From contig JBBTCT010000017.1 in assembly GCA_038060895.1 (NCBI GenBank), forward strand, positions 1-64,000: a stretch of 64,000 nucleotides of DNA. The letters run 5' to 3'. Both the position numbers and the translations under genes were made by a program. The notes beneath the pieces are model-generated. The model was given only the letters and a program-made list of their open reading frames with translations. It was not told the origin of the DNA and did not search any database. This DNA comes from Planctomycetota bacterium. Lineage in GTDB: Bacteria > Planctomycetota > MHYJ01 > WSZJ01. This document shows positions 37,968 to 47,384 of the stretch, piece by piece (the stretch's first letter is position 1; every line of letters starts with the position of its first letter).

Positions 37968-39140
37968 ATGCGCATGGCCTTCACCGCTCTTCTCGTCGCA
38001 ACCCTGCCCTGGCTCGCCGCCGGGTGTTCCAACGGCGGGGAAAACCCTGAAGACAAGCCCGGGGGCGGGACCATCACCTCGGAGAAAATCTTCCGCGAGG
38101 AACAGAAACGCGTCCTGCTGCTGCTGGAGACGTTTGAAAAGCACGACATGGTAGCCATGGATGAAGCCGTGGCCGAGCTGGAGGAAATGGCAAGCGCCGA
38201 GAAGCATCTCATCAGCCCGGAAATTCAGGAGCAGCTCAAGAAGTACCGGGACCCCCGCCAGACGAACAACGCCGTGGATCGGCTTCGCTGGATTTCGAAA
38301 TTCGCGCGGTCCATGCTCCTGCTCGAGGGATGGAACAAAGAGAAGTGGCAGCACTGCCACGACATGATGGTCCGGCTCGGCCCGGAAGCGCTCGTGCGCT
38401 TCACCGGCGTCCTGATCGTGAAATTCAACGAGAACCAGGAGTGGTGCGGTCTGATGCTGATGGACCTCTGCGTCAGCCACAAGGGGATCATTCACGACGC
38501 GATCCTGGAGGCGCTGGCTCTTAAGGGGAGCGACCAGCCGGGCCCGTTCCAGATGCGCGTCCTTGACGACGTCTCCCGTCGCGGTCTCGTGGCGGTGCTT
38601 CTCGGCTCCCCGGACCCCCCGGTCTCGAAAATCCGCGAATCCGCGACGAATATTCTGGTGCCGAAAACGACGCGCCGGGCCTGGGCCGCGAAGCTGCCGG
38701 AATTGAAGGAAGGCGGAGTCTGCCCCCCCTGGGTATCCGAACTCCTCTCGGTACAGGTACAGGCCGACCCGGAGTGGGAGGTCCGCGCCACGGCGGCCGA
38801 CAGCCTGGGACGGACCGGCGACGCCGAGCACGCCGTCCCCGTCCTCACGAAAGCACTCAAGGACAAGGACACCTGGGTCCGAAGAAATACATGTATTTCC
38901 CTGGGTCTGTACACGTCCCGGGCGAAGCCGGCCATCGGCCCCATGCTGGAGATGCTCAAGGCCCTGGAGACGGAGAAAATGGAGTTTAAAAAGGACGACG
39001 GCTCCACCGAGCTCCGCCCCCTGGGCAATCCGCGTCGCGAAATCGAGAACGTCGCACTCATGTCATTGCAGTTGATCAGCGGGAAGCGCTTCAACGAACT
39101 TCATTCGTTTTACGCATGGTGGGACGAAAGAGACAAATGA
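37968..39140 (+). CDS. HEAT-repeat lipoprotein
   Basis: Lipobox LAAGC; DPEWEVRATAADSLG, DKDTWVRRNTCISLG. Confidence 0.75.
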   Translation: MRMAFTALLVATLPWLAAGCSNGGENPEDKPGGGTITSEKIFREEQKRVLLLLETFEKHDMVAMDEAVAELEEMASAEKHLISPEIQEQLKKYRDPRQTNNAVDRLRWISKFARSMLLLEGWNKEKWQHCHDMMVRLGPEALVRFTGVLIVKFNENQEWCGLMLMDLCVSHKGIIHDAILEALALKGSDQPGPFQMRVLDDVSRRGLVAVLLGSPDPPVSKIRESATNILVPKTTRRAWAAKLPELKEGGVCPPWVSELLSVQVQADPEWEVRATAADSLGRTGDAEHAVPVLTKALKDKDTWVRRNTCISLGLYTSRAKPAIGPMLEMLKALETEKMEFKKDDGSTELRPLGNPRREIENVALMSLQLISGKRFNELHSFYAWWDERDK

Positions 39141-39754
39141 GCCTCGTGGCGGAATACAAGATCACCCGGACGACAGGCACCTGCGGCCAAGGCACCGATC
39201 AGGCGGCTGCAGGCGGCGGGTCAAACGTTGGGCTCTGCCCTGAGCGAGCTGCCGAAGGCAGCGAGTCGAACGTTGGGCTCCGCCCTGAGCGAGCGGCCGA
39301 AGGCCGCGAGTCGAAGGGTTGCGGCCGCACCTTTGCGGAGGGCGAGGAATTCACGACGGCTCTCTTCGACGGCGGCGAAACCTTCGAACGCCGCGATTTC
39401 TGCGCGGCATGCTGGAAGGAGCCCCAGGACGCCTACTCGTACTGGCGGTCACGAGCCCCGAAAAAAGGCGAGAAGAAGCGAGAAAACCCGATGGCAGTGT
39501 GGTCCTTTTTTGAGTCGCTCGCCGGCGACGCCGACCCCCAGCGCAAGAAGCTCGCCTTCCTGCTCAGCCTCACGCTTCAGCGGAAACGCATCCTGAAGAT
39601 GGCGGGGACGCGGCGCGAGGGCGCGCGGGAGTTTCTGGAGCTGGAGAAGCGGCCTGACGGGACGCGCTATTCCGTGGAAGTTCCGGACATCAAGGACGAG
39701 GAAATGGCGGCGCTGAGGGAAGAACTGGTGCGCCTGCTGGACAGCGCCGTTTAG
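39137..39754 (+). CDS. Hypothetical protein carrying an in-frame repeat insertion
   Basis: ATG overlaps the upstream stop; RRDFC..CW..YSYWR and L.RKRILK motifs; duplicated SNVGLxPERAAEGxE. Confidence 0.75.
   Translation: MSLVAEYKITRTTGTCGQGTDQAAAGGGSNVGLCPERAAEGSESNVGLRPERAAEGRESKGCGRTFAEGEEFTTALFDGGETFERRDFCAACWKEPQDAYSYWRSRAPKKGEKKRENPMAVWSFFESLAGDADPQRKKLAFLLSLTLQRKRILKMAGTRREGAREFLELEKRPDGTRYSVEVPDIKDEEMAALREELVRLLDSAV
39221..39318. repeat. Tandem 45-bp REP-like palindromic element (2 units) inside a CDS
   Basis: Units 39221-39265 and 39266-39310 differ at 4 positions; core CCCTGAGCGA-stem-GAA-stem-GAGTCGAA(GGG). Confidence 0.88.
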
Positions 39755-40167
39755 CCTTTCCCCTTCTTTCCCTTCTCCAGCAGTCTCCGGTACCGCGGAT
39801 CTTTCCTGACGCGCGCCAGATCCGGGTCCTTCTGCATGTAACTGACGTCGTCGTACCCCAGCTCCAGCGCGAGCTCGAGCTCGCGCAGGGCGTCTTCGAC
39901 CTTCCCCAGGTTCGACAGGCTGCAGGCGAGGTTGTAACGGATGTAGGCATTGTCCGGCTCCAGGTTCACCAGCTCCCGATCGACCGCAAGTGCATCGTCG
40001 TGTTTCCCCTGGCGCGTCAGCGCGTGTCCCAGCATTTCCAGCGCTTCCCTGTGCCCCGGCTCCGCCCGGAGAAACGCCGCTGCAATGGCGGTTTCGAAGG
40101 ACAGGGCGAGGGCGCGGGAAGCGGGTTCCGAGAGCGGAAGGGGCTGGGGAACGGGGTCTTCGGCCAT
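39751..40167 (-). CDS. TPR protein
   Basis: LGHALTRQG, RYNLACSLS, DPDLARVR C-terminal cap. Confidence 0.8.
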   Translation of the reverse strand: MAEDPVPQPLPLSEPASRALALSFETAIAAAFLRAEPGHREALEMLGHALTRQGKHDDALAVDRELVNLEPDNAYIRYNLACSLSNLGKVEDALRELELALELGYDDVSYMQKDPDLARVRKDPRYRRLLEKGKKGKG

Positions 40168-40260
40168 GGGGCGCATTATCGCAGATTCTTCTAGCTTGTT
40201 TCGCTTTCACCCCCGGAGATAGAATTCACTCTGCTCCGGCCATCTTGAGGATCCTCCGAG

Positions 40261-41760
40261 ATGCCCATCTCTACTTCGTGCTCCTGCGGACGCAAGCTCA
40301 ACCTGAAGGACGAGCTTGCGGGGAAGACGGTGAAGTGTCCGCAGTGCGGGAATGGTGTCCGTGTTCCCGACGGGAAATCGACCGCGACCGCGGTGGCGAC
40401 ACCGCCGCCACGTTCGGCGCCGGCCGATTCGCGCATCATGGAAAAGCCGGGCGGCAAGAAGAAGGACGACGCCGGCCCGAAGGTCATGATGGCGAACTTC
40501 AAGTCGCTCGAAGACTTCGACGACGCCGGAAACGTCAAAAAGAAGAAGAAGGAATTCACAAAGGAAGAGGAACAGGTCTCCGAGGCCGCCGGTGGCACGA
40601 CGGGCGGCGAGATGGCGAAGATAGCCGCGGAGGCGCTGAGCGCCGAGAAGGAAAAGCCGAAACACCGGTGCCCCGGTTGCGGACGCGGCGTGAAGCCCGA
40701 CGACGTGATCTGCACGAAGTGCGGCACGAACATCAAGACGGGGCGGCGGATCGGCGAGTCGGCGTTCACGGTTACGCCCCGCAAGGTAATGATCTTCTTC
40801 GGCGTCGCGGGGATTTGCGCGATCGGGGCGTTTTTCACGTTCACGCACGAACCCGAGCAGACAAAAATCGACAAAAACAAGAAGAAGGACGAGGAGCAGA
40901 GGGGCGAGATCGCGGACACCATCGCGAAGATGACGGAGATTGTGAACGACGCGGATCCCGACCACGCGCGCGCCCTTCCACACGTCGCCAACGTCGGCGC
41001 CGATGCGCTGCCTGGCCTGATTAACAGCCTGAAGTCCGGCGGCCCGGCCACTCGCCGTAAAGCGGTCAAGCTGATGGAAATCCTCGCGTTCAACGGATAC
41101 CGGAGCGAAGAATCGTGCTACGCGCTCGGCGCACTGGCCCGCGAATCGGACTCGACGCTGCGCGATTGGGCAGCCGAGGCGCTTCAGTGGAGCGGCTACG
41201 ACCTGGCGCAGGGGCAGGCGTACTGGGCGGCGGGCGAAAAGGACCCCGCCAAGATGACGGACGTCGCCAAGGCGTACGCACTCCCCTTCAACATGTGCCG
41301 GCAGATCCTGTCCGACGCCGGCGTAGCGGTGCAGAAGAACGAGAAGCTGGGGAAGATCGACCACTCGGACAGTCATCCGGCGCGAACGCCCGTCCTTCCG
41401 ATCGCTGCGTACAAACTGAAGAAGTTCTACGATGCGGAAACGGGGCAGTCGCTGAAAGTGACCCGTCTGATCCAGGCGGTTCGTGCGGGACGGAAGGAGC
41501 TGATCGTCAACCTCATCTACTACCTTGAGCCGGAACCGTGCACGAAACTCGGATTTCCGCCGGCCCAGGTGGACCGGGACCGCGCTTACCGTTGCTTGCG
41601 GGATGTGACAGGGACGCCGCAGCGTCGCTTCGAAGATCGGTGGAAGTGGTGGAAGAGCGCCGGGGAAAAGATGTACCCCGCGCCGAAGGATCCGCCGGAG
41701 TGGGCGAGCGACACGCCGCCGGAGAAAGCGGCAGCTCCCGCCGTAGAGACCCCGAAGTAG
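40261..41760 (+). CDS. Zn-ribbon / TM / HEAT-like protein
   Basis: CSCG..CPQC, CPGC..CTKCG, one TM helix. Confidence 0.72.
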   Translation: MPISTSCSCGRKLNLKDELAGKTVKCPQCGNGVRVPDGKSTATAVATPPPRSAPADSRIMEKPGGKKKDDAGPKVMMANFKSLEDFDDAGNVKKKKKEFTKEEEQVSEAAGGTTGGEMAKIAAEALSAEKEKPKHRCPGCGRGVKPDDVICTKCGTNIKTGRRIGESAFTVTPRKVMIFFGVAGICAIGAFFTFTHEPEQTKIDKNKKKDEEQRGEIADTIAKMTEIVNDADPDHARALPHVANVGADALPGLINSLKSGGPATRRKAVKLMEILAFNGYRSEESCYALGALARESDSTLRDWAAEALQWSGYDLAQGQAYWAAGEKDPAKMTDVAKAYALPFNMCRQILSDAGVAVQKNEKLGKIDHSDSHPARTPVLPIAAYKLKKFYDAETGQSLKVTRLIQAVRAGRKELIVNLIYYLEPEPCTKLGFPPAQVDRDRAYRCLRDVTGTPQRRFEDRWKWWKSAGEKMYPAPKDPPEWASDTPPEKAAAPAVETPK

Positions 41761-41781
41761 CAAAGGAGCCTGAAAAGCGCG

Positions 41782-42297
41782 ATGAGAACCTGTGTTCGTG
41801 TCATCGCGTGCCTCGCTCCCCTGCTGGCCTCCGCTGGCTGCGCCTCGAGCGAGAACGACTCCGAGTCGTTTTCTCGCCAGTGGCAGACCGCTACTGAGGA
41901 GTCGGAGGCGGTCAAGCCGCTTCCCCCGGGCCGCGACTTGCGCGAAGTTGTGACGGATGCGCGGCGGTGGAGCGATCTGTGGGGCGGATTGCCGCCGGAA
42001 GTGGACTTCAAGGAGGAGATGGTCCTTGTCGCCACGGTGCGGGTTGTAGAGCACCCGAAGGATATGCCGCGGATCTGGAGGCTTCGGCGGGAGGACGGAA
42101 AGCCGGACGTTTCGGTGTTGGTGCGCGTGCGGCAGGTCGGGGGAGAATTCGAGAACAAGATCGCCGGGAAGGGCGGGTACCACTTTGTCGTGTTGCCGAA
42201 GGAAGAGGGGCCGTTTCATTGGAAGGATGTGAGGGTCGTTTACGACGCGGGGGGAGAGGTGGATACGCTGGAGCTGGTGAAGAGTTACGACAAGTAA
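41782..42297 (+). CDS. Lipoprotein (PrcB C-terminal-like)
   Basis: Lipobox SAGC; LW...PPEVDFKEEMVLV...YHFVVLPK. Confidence 0.6.
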   Translation: MRTCVRVIACLAPLLASAGCASSENDSESFSRQWQTATEESEAVKPLPPGRDLREVVTDARRWSDLWGGLPPEVDFKEEMVLVATVRVVEHPKDMPRIWRLRREDGKPDVSVLVRVRQVGGEFENKIAGKGGYHFVVLPKEEGPFHWKDVRVVYDAGGEVDTLELVKSYDK

Positions 42298-42477
42298 CTA
42301 GGGGGTGGGAAAGGCCATGCTGGGGAATTCGTGAAGGCCCCTGCGCATTCGCGCAACCTGTTTCAGATCAACAACTTACGATTTGTCACAATGTGGTATT
42401 GGCCGCAACTTTCACGCGTGGCAGGGGTTTCATTCTCGATCCAACCGACTCTCCCCCACTTCATCGGAGACCTTTCC

Positions 42478-43656
42478 ATGCGCTGGCTCACCACTCCTGC
42501 CCTGACCCTTGCGCTCGCCCTCGCGGCTTACGCCGGCGACGGACCGAGCCCGGTCGATGACTTCTTCACACGCTGGGATGCCAACAAAGACGGCCTGGTG
42601 ACCAAGGACGAATGCGAGTCGTCGCGACTCTTCTCAAAGAACGACAAGGACGCCGACGGCTCGATCACGCGTACGGAAGTCGAAGCGGTGTGGAAAGAAG
42701 AAGAAGGGTCGGAAGCTCTGACCGAGCCGAAGAATCCTGGAACGGATCCGCGCCTGGGCTCCGGCGGCAAGGGCAAGGGCGGCGGGCTTCCCGGCGTGAA
42801 AATGGACGGCAAGCAGCGGCCCGGCTCGACCGGGATGGATGACGAGATGAACAAGATGCGCGTGCGGCGCATCTTCAACAAGTTCGACAAGAACGGGGAC
42901 GAGTCGCTTTCGTCGGACGAGGCGGCGGCGTACTACTTCGAAGTGCTGGACACGGACCGCGACGGATCGCTGATGGAGTACGAGCTGTCGGCGAACCCGA
43001 AAGTGGGCGGCGAGAAAGCCGCGATGGCAATGCAGTACTACGACAAAGATGGCGACGGAATGATCGCGGCGACCGAGTGGTCCATGCCCGAGGACGGAAC
43101 TTTTACCAAGGTGGACACCAACGGCGACGGGAAGATCGCGTTCGACGAAGCGCTGATCGGGTTCACGCTTCCGGGGCGCGGCGGCGACACGACGGCGCAG
43201 AAAGAAGGCGCTCGCGGGCAGCTGGACGTCGAGACCTTCATGAAGGACAACGACGCGGACGGCGACGGCAAGATCTCCGCGGGTGAATTCAAGGGCCCGA
43301 AGCAGCTTTTCGGCAAGGCCGACGCGAACGCGGACGGATTCGTGGATCGCGCCGAGCTGGACGCCGCTTCGAAGAAACTCCAGAAGATGGCCGGTGGCGG
43401 CGGCGGCGGAAAGCCGGCCGTCGGAAACGTGGCGGAAATGGTGAAGCGCGCCGACAAGGATGGCGACGGCAAGGTGACGCGCGAGGAGTGGCCGGGTCGC
43501 CCGCAGATGTTCGACCGGATGGACAAGAACGGCGACGGCGTTCTGGATGACGCGGACTTTGGAGGCGCGCCGGCGAAGCAGCCGGAAGCCGGGACGATGG
43601 AAGGTGAAGGAAGTTCGCCTGAGGCCGCCGCTCCGAGTCCCGCCGAGGGAACGTGA
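42478..43656 (+). CDS. Secreted multi-EF-hand calcium-binding protein
   Basis: About ten DxxxDGxxxxxE loops; signal peptide; GGAG RBS. Confidence 0.9.
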   Translation: MRWLTTPALTLALALAAYAGDGPSPVDDFFTRWDANKDGLVTKDECESSRLFSKNDKDADGSITRTEVEAVWKEEEGSEALTEPKNPGTDPRLGSGGKGKGGGLPGVKMDGKQRPGSTGMDDEMNKMRVRRIFNKFDKNGDESLSSDEAAAYYFEVLDTDRDGSLMEYELSANPKVGGEKAAMAMQYYDKDGDGMIAATEWSMPEDGTFTKVDTNGDGKIAFDEALIGFTLPGRGGDTTAQKEGARGQLDVETFMKDNDADGDGKISAGEFKGPKQLFGKADANADGFVDRAELDAASKKLQKMAGGGGGGKPAVGNVAEMVKRADKDGDGKVTREEWPGRPQMFDRMDKNGDGVLDDADFGGAPAKQPEAGTMEGEGSSPEAAAPSPAEGT

Positions 43657-43765
43657 GGGAAGTCCAAGGGGGCGCAGGATGCGCCCGCTGCAGGAACGAG
43701 TGGAGGTACGGACAGCCCCGGGTCATCCACCGGCGGAACGTGAAAGAAAGAGAAGAAGTAACTTC

Positions 43766-43796
43766 AACCCCGCCGGTTCGGCGGGGTTTTTATTTT
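43766..43796 (+). terminator. Rho-independent terminator
   Basis: AACCCCGCCG-GTT-CGGCGGGGTT followed by TTTATTTT. Confidence 0.88.
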
Positions 43797-43820
43797 GGTT
43801 GGCTCACGGGAGTGGTGAGT

Positions 43821-43907
43821 AGGGGGTAGTGGGTAGTAGGTAGAACACAGCATCTGGAACGGCGGGCCACGCCGTTCCTACCTCCTACCTCCTACCCACT
43901 ACCCCCT
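43821..43907. repeat. Heptamer-periodic palindrome (GGTAG/CTACC units) with an inner hairpin
   Basis: Arms 43821-43843 and 43885-43907 match at 22/23; inner GGAACGGCG/CGCCGTTCC. Confidence 0.82.
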
Positions 43908-43932
43908 TCTCTTCGCGGTTACACTTCGCGCC

Positions 43933-45186
43933 GTGCCTGCCGACAACACTACCGTCTTCGCCGACGACACTTTTCAGCGCTCGTTGGACTCTGAGCGAGG
44001 CTGGCTTGAGGCGCGTCTGCAGGCCATCCGGCTGATCGGTCTGGTGTGCTGGCTCGGGTTGACCGTCGGCCTGGGATACGGGATGGGAAACGCCGGGTGG
44101 CGGGGCCAGACGCCGGTTGTCGCCGGCTGGGCGACCGCCGCGCTTGCGCTCATCGCCCTCTGCCGGGTCCGCCCGGCCGCCATCCGCTTCTCCTGGCTCG
44201 CCCACCCGCTCCTGGATGCCCCGATGATCGCGTGGGCGATGACGCTGGCGGGCCATGGCGGAGAGGAGTCGCCGCAGTCCAATGCCGCGTACACCATGGG
44301 CATTTACGGCCTGCTGATCGTCATCTCGACGCTGACGTTGAGGCGCGATGCGATTCTCACTACGGCGGCCGTGACGATTCCTCTCGAGCTGACGCTTCTC
44401 TGGCGCTCGGGCATCAAGGCGCCGGGTTGGTACATCACGACGCCGGTAACGCTGGGCCTCACGGCCGCCGCGTGCATGGTCGCAGTCAACCGCCTCACCG
44501 GCCTCGTCCAGTCGGTCGCGCGCGAACAGGCCGTCCGTTCGCGACTCCGCCGGTACCTGCCCGCCGCCGCGCTCGAACGCGTGGCCGCAGAAGGAGCGGC
44601 ACGGTCGGAAGGCGAAACGCGCGAACTCACGCTTCTGATGGCCGACATCCGCGACTTCACGGCCCTCTCGGAAAAACTCACCGGCCACCAGGTCGTCGCC
44701 CTCCTGAACGAATACTTCGGCGCCATGACCGATGTCCTCTTCAAGAATGGCGCCACCCTCGACAAGTTCATCGGCGACGGCATCCTCGCCTACTGGAACG
44801 CGCCTCTCCCGCGCCCCGACCACGCCGCCAGCGCCGTCGCCGCCGGCCTCGGCATGCTCCAGGCCCTCGAACGCCTCAACGCCGCCCGCGTCTCCCGGGG
44901 CGAACCCGCCCTCCGCATCGGCGTCGGCATTCATACGGGAACGGTCGTGTTCGGAGACATTGGGAGCGACCACCGGCGCGAGTACGCGGTCATTGGCGAC
45001 CCGGTGAACCTGGTGTCGCGGATCGAGTCACTCACGAAGGAGAAAGGAGTGCCGATTCTCGTCTCGCAGGAAACGCGAAGGCAGGCGGGAGAGGCGTTCA
45101 GCTGGCGTGAAGTAGCGCCGGTCGCCGTGAAGGGAAAGGCGGAGCTGGTGCAGACGTTTGTGCCGACGGCGCACAAGGGCAAGTGA
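43933..45186 (+). CDS. Membrane-bound class III adenylate cyclase
   Basis: About 6 TM helices; [26 protein letters not shown]. Confidence 0.9.
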   Translation: MPADNTTVFADDTFQRSLDSERGWLEARLQAIRLIGLVCWLGLTVGLGYGMGNAGWRGQTPVVAGWATAALALIALCRVRPAAIRFSWLAHPLLDAPMIAWAMTLAGHGGEESPQSNAAYTMGIYGLLIVISTLTLRRDAILTTAAVTIPLELTLLWRSGIKAPGWYITTPVTLGLTAAACMVAVNRLTGLVQSVAREQAVRSRLRRYLPAAALERVAAEGAARSEGETRELTLLMADIRDFTALSEKLTGHQVVALLNEYFGAMTDVLFKNGATLDKFIGDGILAYWNAPLPRPDHAASAVAAGLGMLQALERLNAARVSRGEPALRIGVGIHTGTVVFGDIGSDHRREYAVIGDPVNLVSRIESLTKEKGVPILVSQETRRQAGEAFSWREVAPVAVKGKAELVQTFVPTAHKGK

Positions 45187-45204
45187 GTGGACCGCGAAGA
45201 GCTT

Positions 45205-47229
45205 CTACTCCAGCGCCTGCTTCAGATCGTCGAGAATGTCCTGCGGGTCCTCGATCCCGACGCTGAGACGCACGACGCCCGGGTGAATTCCCGACTTCTC
45301 GAGTTCACGTTCCGGGATCTGCCAGTGGCTGGACAGGACGGGGATCGAGACGAGCGTCTCGACTCCGCCGAGCGAGACCGCGCGGTGGCAAAGTTGAAGG
45401 CCGTTGCAGAATTTTTTGGCGCCATCCAGCCCGCCCTCGACCTCGAACGTCACAATCCCGCCACCGGCCTTCAGGATTTCTTTCGCGAGCGCGCGGTCCG
45501 GATGACTGTCGAGCCCGGGGTACCAGACCTTCTTGATCTTCGGGTGACCCTCGAGCCCTTGCGCCACGAAGAGACCGTTTTCGTTGTGAGCGCGCATCCG
45601 GAGCGGGAACGTCTTGAGCCCGCGAATCAACAGCCACGCGTCGAACGCGCTCAGCGTCGGGCCGAGCAGCTTCAGGCGCTCGCGGATCCGCTGGATGTGG
45701 TCTTTCTTCCCGCAGATCACGCCGGCCGTGACGTCGCTGTGCCCGCCGAGATACTTCGTCGCGCTGTGGAACACCAGGTCGATTCCGTGCTCGATCGGAC
45801 GAAGGTTCATGCACGTCGCAAAGGTGTTGTCCACCATCGTCAGGATCCCGAAGCGCTTCGCGTCCTTCGCCGGCGGCCTCGGATCCCACAGGCGCAGCAT
45901 CGGGTTGGTCACCGGCTCGAAATAGATCAGCTTCGTCGTGCCGGCCAGGTGCTCGCGGATGAGAAGCCAGTCCTTTGCAGGGACTTTGCGAAGCGTGATG
46001 TTGAACTCGGAGAGCACGTCGTTGAAGAGGTGCCAGGTGCCTCCGTACAGCCCGTCCGTCGTCGCGATCGTGTCGCCGGGACGCAGCAGCGTGAGGATCG
46101 TCGCCGTCAGCGCTGCCATCCCGCTCGAGGCGAGAACGGCATCTTCAGCGCCCTCCAGCGCGGCAATTTTTTCCTCGGCTGCCTGCACTGTTGGATTTCC
46201 GTGCCTCGAATACCAGAAGCCTCCCTTCCCGTGCAGGAACGACTCCAGCGCTTCCATCGACTCGAAGTCGTACGTCACGGACGGCACGATCGGCTCGATC
46301 GTCGGTTCGCAGGCCGCGGTATGGCCTGCGTGGACCGCGAGCGTGTGGATCTGGCCCTGCGCGATGCGTCCGCCCTTCTCAGCAAACCCGGCGGGCCCCT
46401 CGGGGCGAGGCGCCAGCGGGACGGACGGCTTGTCGGACTTCGGAGGCGGAACGAAGGGCCGTCCCAGGGGGCCAGGCGCCGCAGGCGCCTTCACCGCAGG
46501 GACGCCGGAGTCGCCGGCGTGGCTGGATTTGCGCATCTGCGAAAGCCGGTCTGCAGCCGAAATGAAGCGCGTCTCGCGCTCCTGGGGGCGCATCGGTTCT
46601 GCCGGCTTCGCAGGTTCGCCTGCCCGGGAGGACGGGGCGGGCGTTTCCACGGGGACCGTGGGGTGGGTCCCGCTCGGCCGGACAGGCTCCGGCTTCCCTG
46701 GCAGGACTGGCGGCTTCACGGTGCGCTCCGTGTCACCTTTCTTCTCAACCGCTTTCCCGCCTCCCGGCGCCTCGATCGGCGGCGGCACTTCCTTCTCCTG
46801 CCTCGTGTACGGGGAAACCTGCTGGATCAGCGACTGCAGGATGTCCACCAGCGACCCTTTGACATACTCCCGGTTGAGCAGCAGTTCCTTCACTCTGGGA
46901 ATCGGCCCCGGGTTCCGCGTCGCGTTCTTCTGCACCATCAGCACTTCGTCCGCCTGCGTCTGCGTGATGATCTTCCGCTTCACCGCCAACTCGCACAGCA
47001 GCTTGTCTTCCTCGCGCGACCGAAGCACGGTTGCGGCGTGCTCCAGTTTTTCGGCCTGCTGGATCGAGATGTACCCGAGCCCGTAAAGAACCTGCGCGAG
47101 CGTCTGCTCGCTGTTCATCGAGCACATCATCCGCGCTTCCGCAAGCTGGCCTTCTTCGATCAGCTTCTGCTGAAGCGCCATGTTCCCGATGATGACGTCC
47201 ACGGGGTCGAGCGGACCTGATCCGGCCAT
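45205..47229 (-). CDS. PLP-dependent Cys/Met metabolism enzyme (transsulfuration family) with a long N-terminal extension
   Basis: YSRHGNPT, SSGMAA, VDNTF, SATKYLGGHSD, SLGGVETL, RLSVGIE. Confidence 0.9.
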   Translation of the reverse strand: MAGSGPLDPVDVIIGNMALQQKLIEEGQLAEARMMCSMNSEQTLAQVLYGLGYISIQQAEKLEHAATVLRSREEDKLLCELAVKRKIITQTQADEVLMVQKNATRNPGPIPRVKELLLNREYVKGSLVDILQSLIQQVSPYTRQEKEVPPPIEAPGGGKAVEKKGDTERTVKPPVLPGKPEPVRPSGTHPTVPVETPAPSSRAGEPAKPAEPMRPQERETRFISAADRLSQMRKSSHAGDSGVPAVKAPAAPGPLGRPFVPPPKSDKPSVPLAPRPEGPAGFAEKGGRIAQGQIHTLAVHAGHTAACEPTIEPIVPSVTYDFESMEALESFLHGKGGFWYSRHGNPTVQAAEEKIAALEGAEDAVLASSGMAALTATILTLLRPGDTIATTDGLYGGTWHLFNDVLSEFNITLRKVPAKDWLLIREHLAGTTKLIYFEPVTNPMLRLWDPRPPAKDAKRFGILTMVDNTFATCMNLRPIEHGIDLVFHSATKYLGGHSDVTAGVICGKKDHIQRIRERLKLLGPTLSAFDAWLLIRGLKTFPLRMRAHNENGLFVAQGLEGHPKIKKVWYPGLDSHPDRALAKEILKAGGGIVTFEVEGGLDGAKKFCNGLQLCHRAVSLGGVETLVSIPVLSSHWQIPERELEKSGIHPGVVRLSVGIEDPQDILDDLKQALE

Positions 47230-47384
47230 TTCCGTGCCTCCCTCATCTGCCGGCAGGTCCCGGAACAGCGCGGCGGGGCGCGCGGGACCGGGAATCGGCG
47301 GGTTCCCTGAAGCGTGGGATTCTAGCGAAGGGCGGGGCGATTGTCGCTCGCTCTCTCAGTCGCGGATTCGTAATCTGGCGGCCG

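Noticed and set aside
39221-39310. CRISPR array
   Set aside because: Two abutting units with no spacer and no cas genes
42395-42440. Sigma54 promoter near the IHF-like motif
   Set aside because: The TGGC candidates lack GC at the required GG-N10-GC spacing
45187-47220. Long antisense ORFs (also 6025-8070, 9582-11909, 17950-20226, 30099-32228, 40207-42219, 55056-57221)
   Set aside because: Shadow frames of real genes, expected in high-GC DNA
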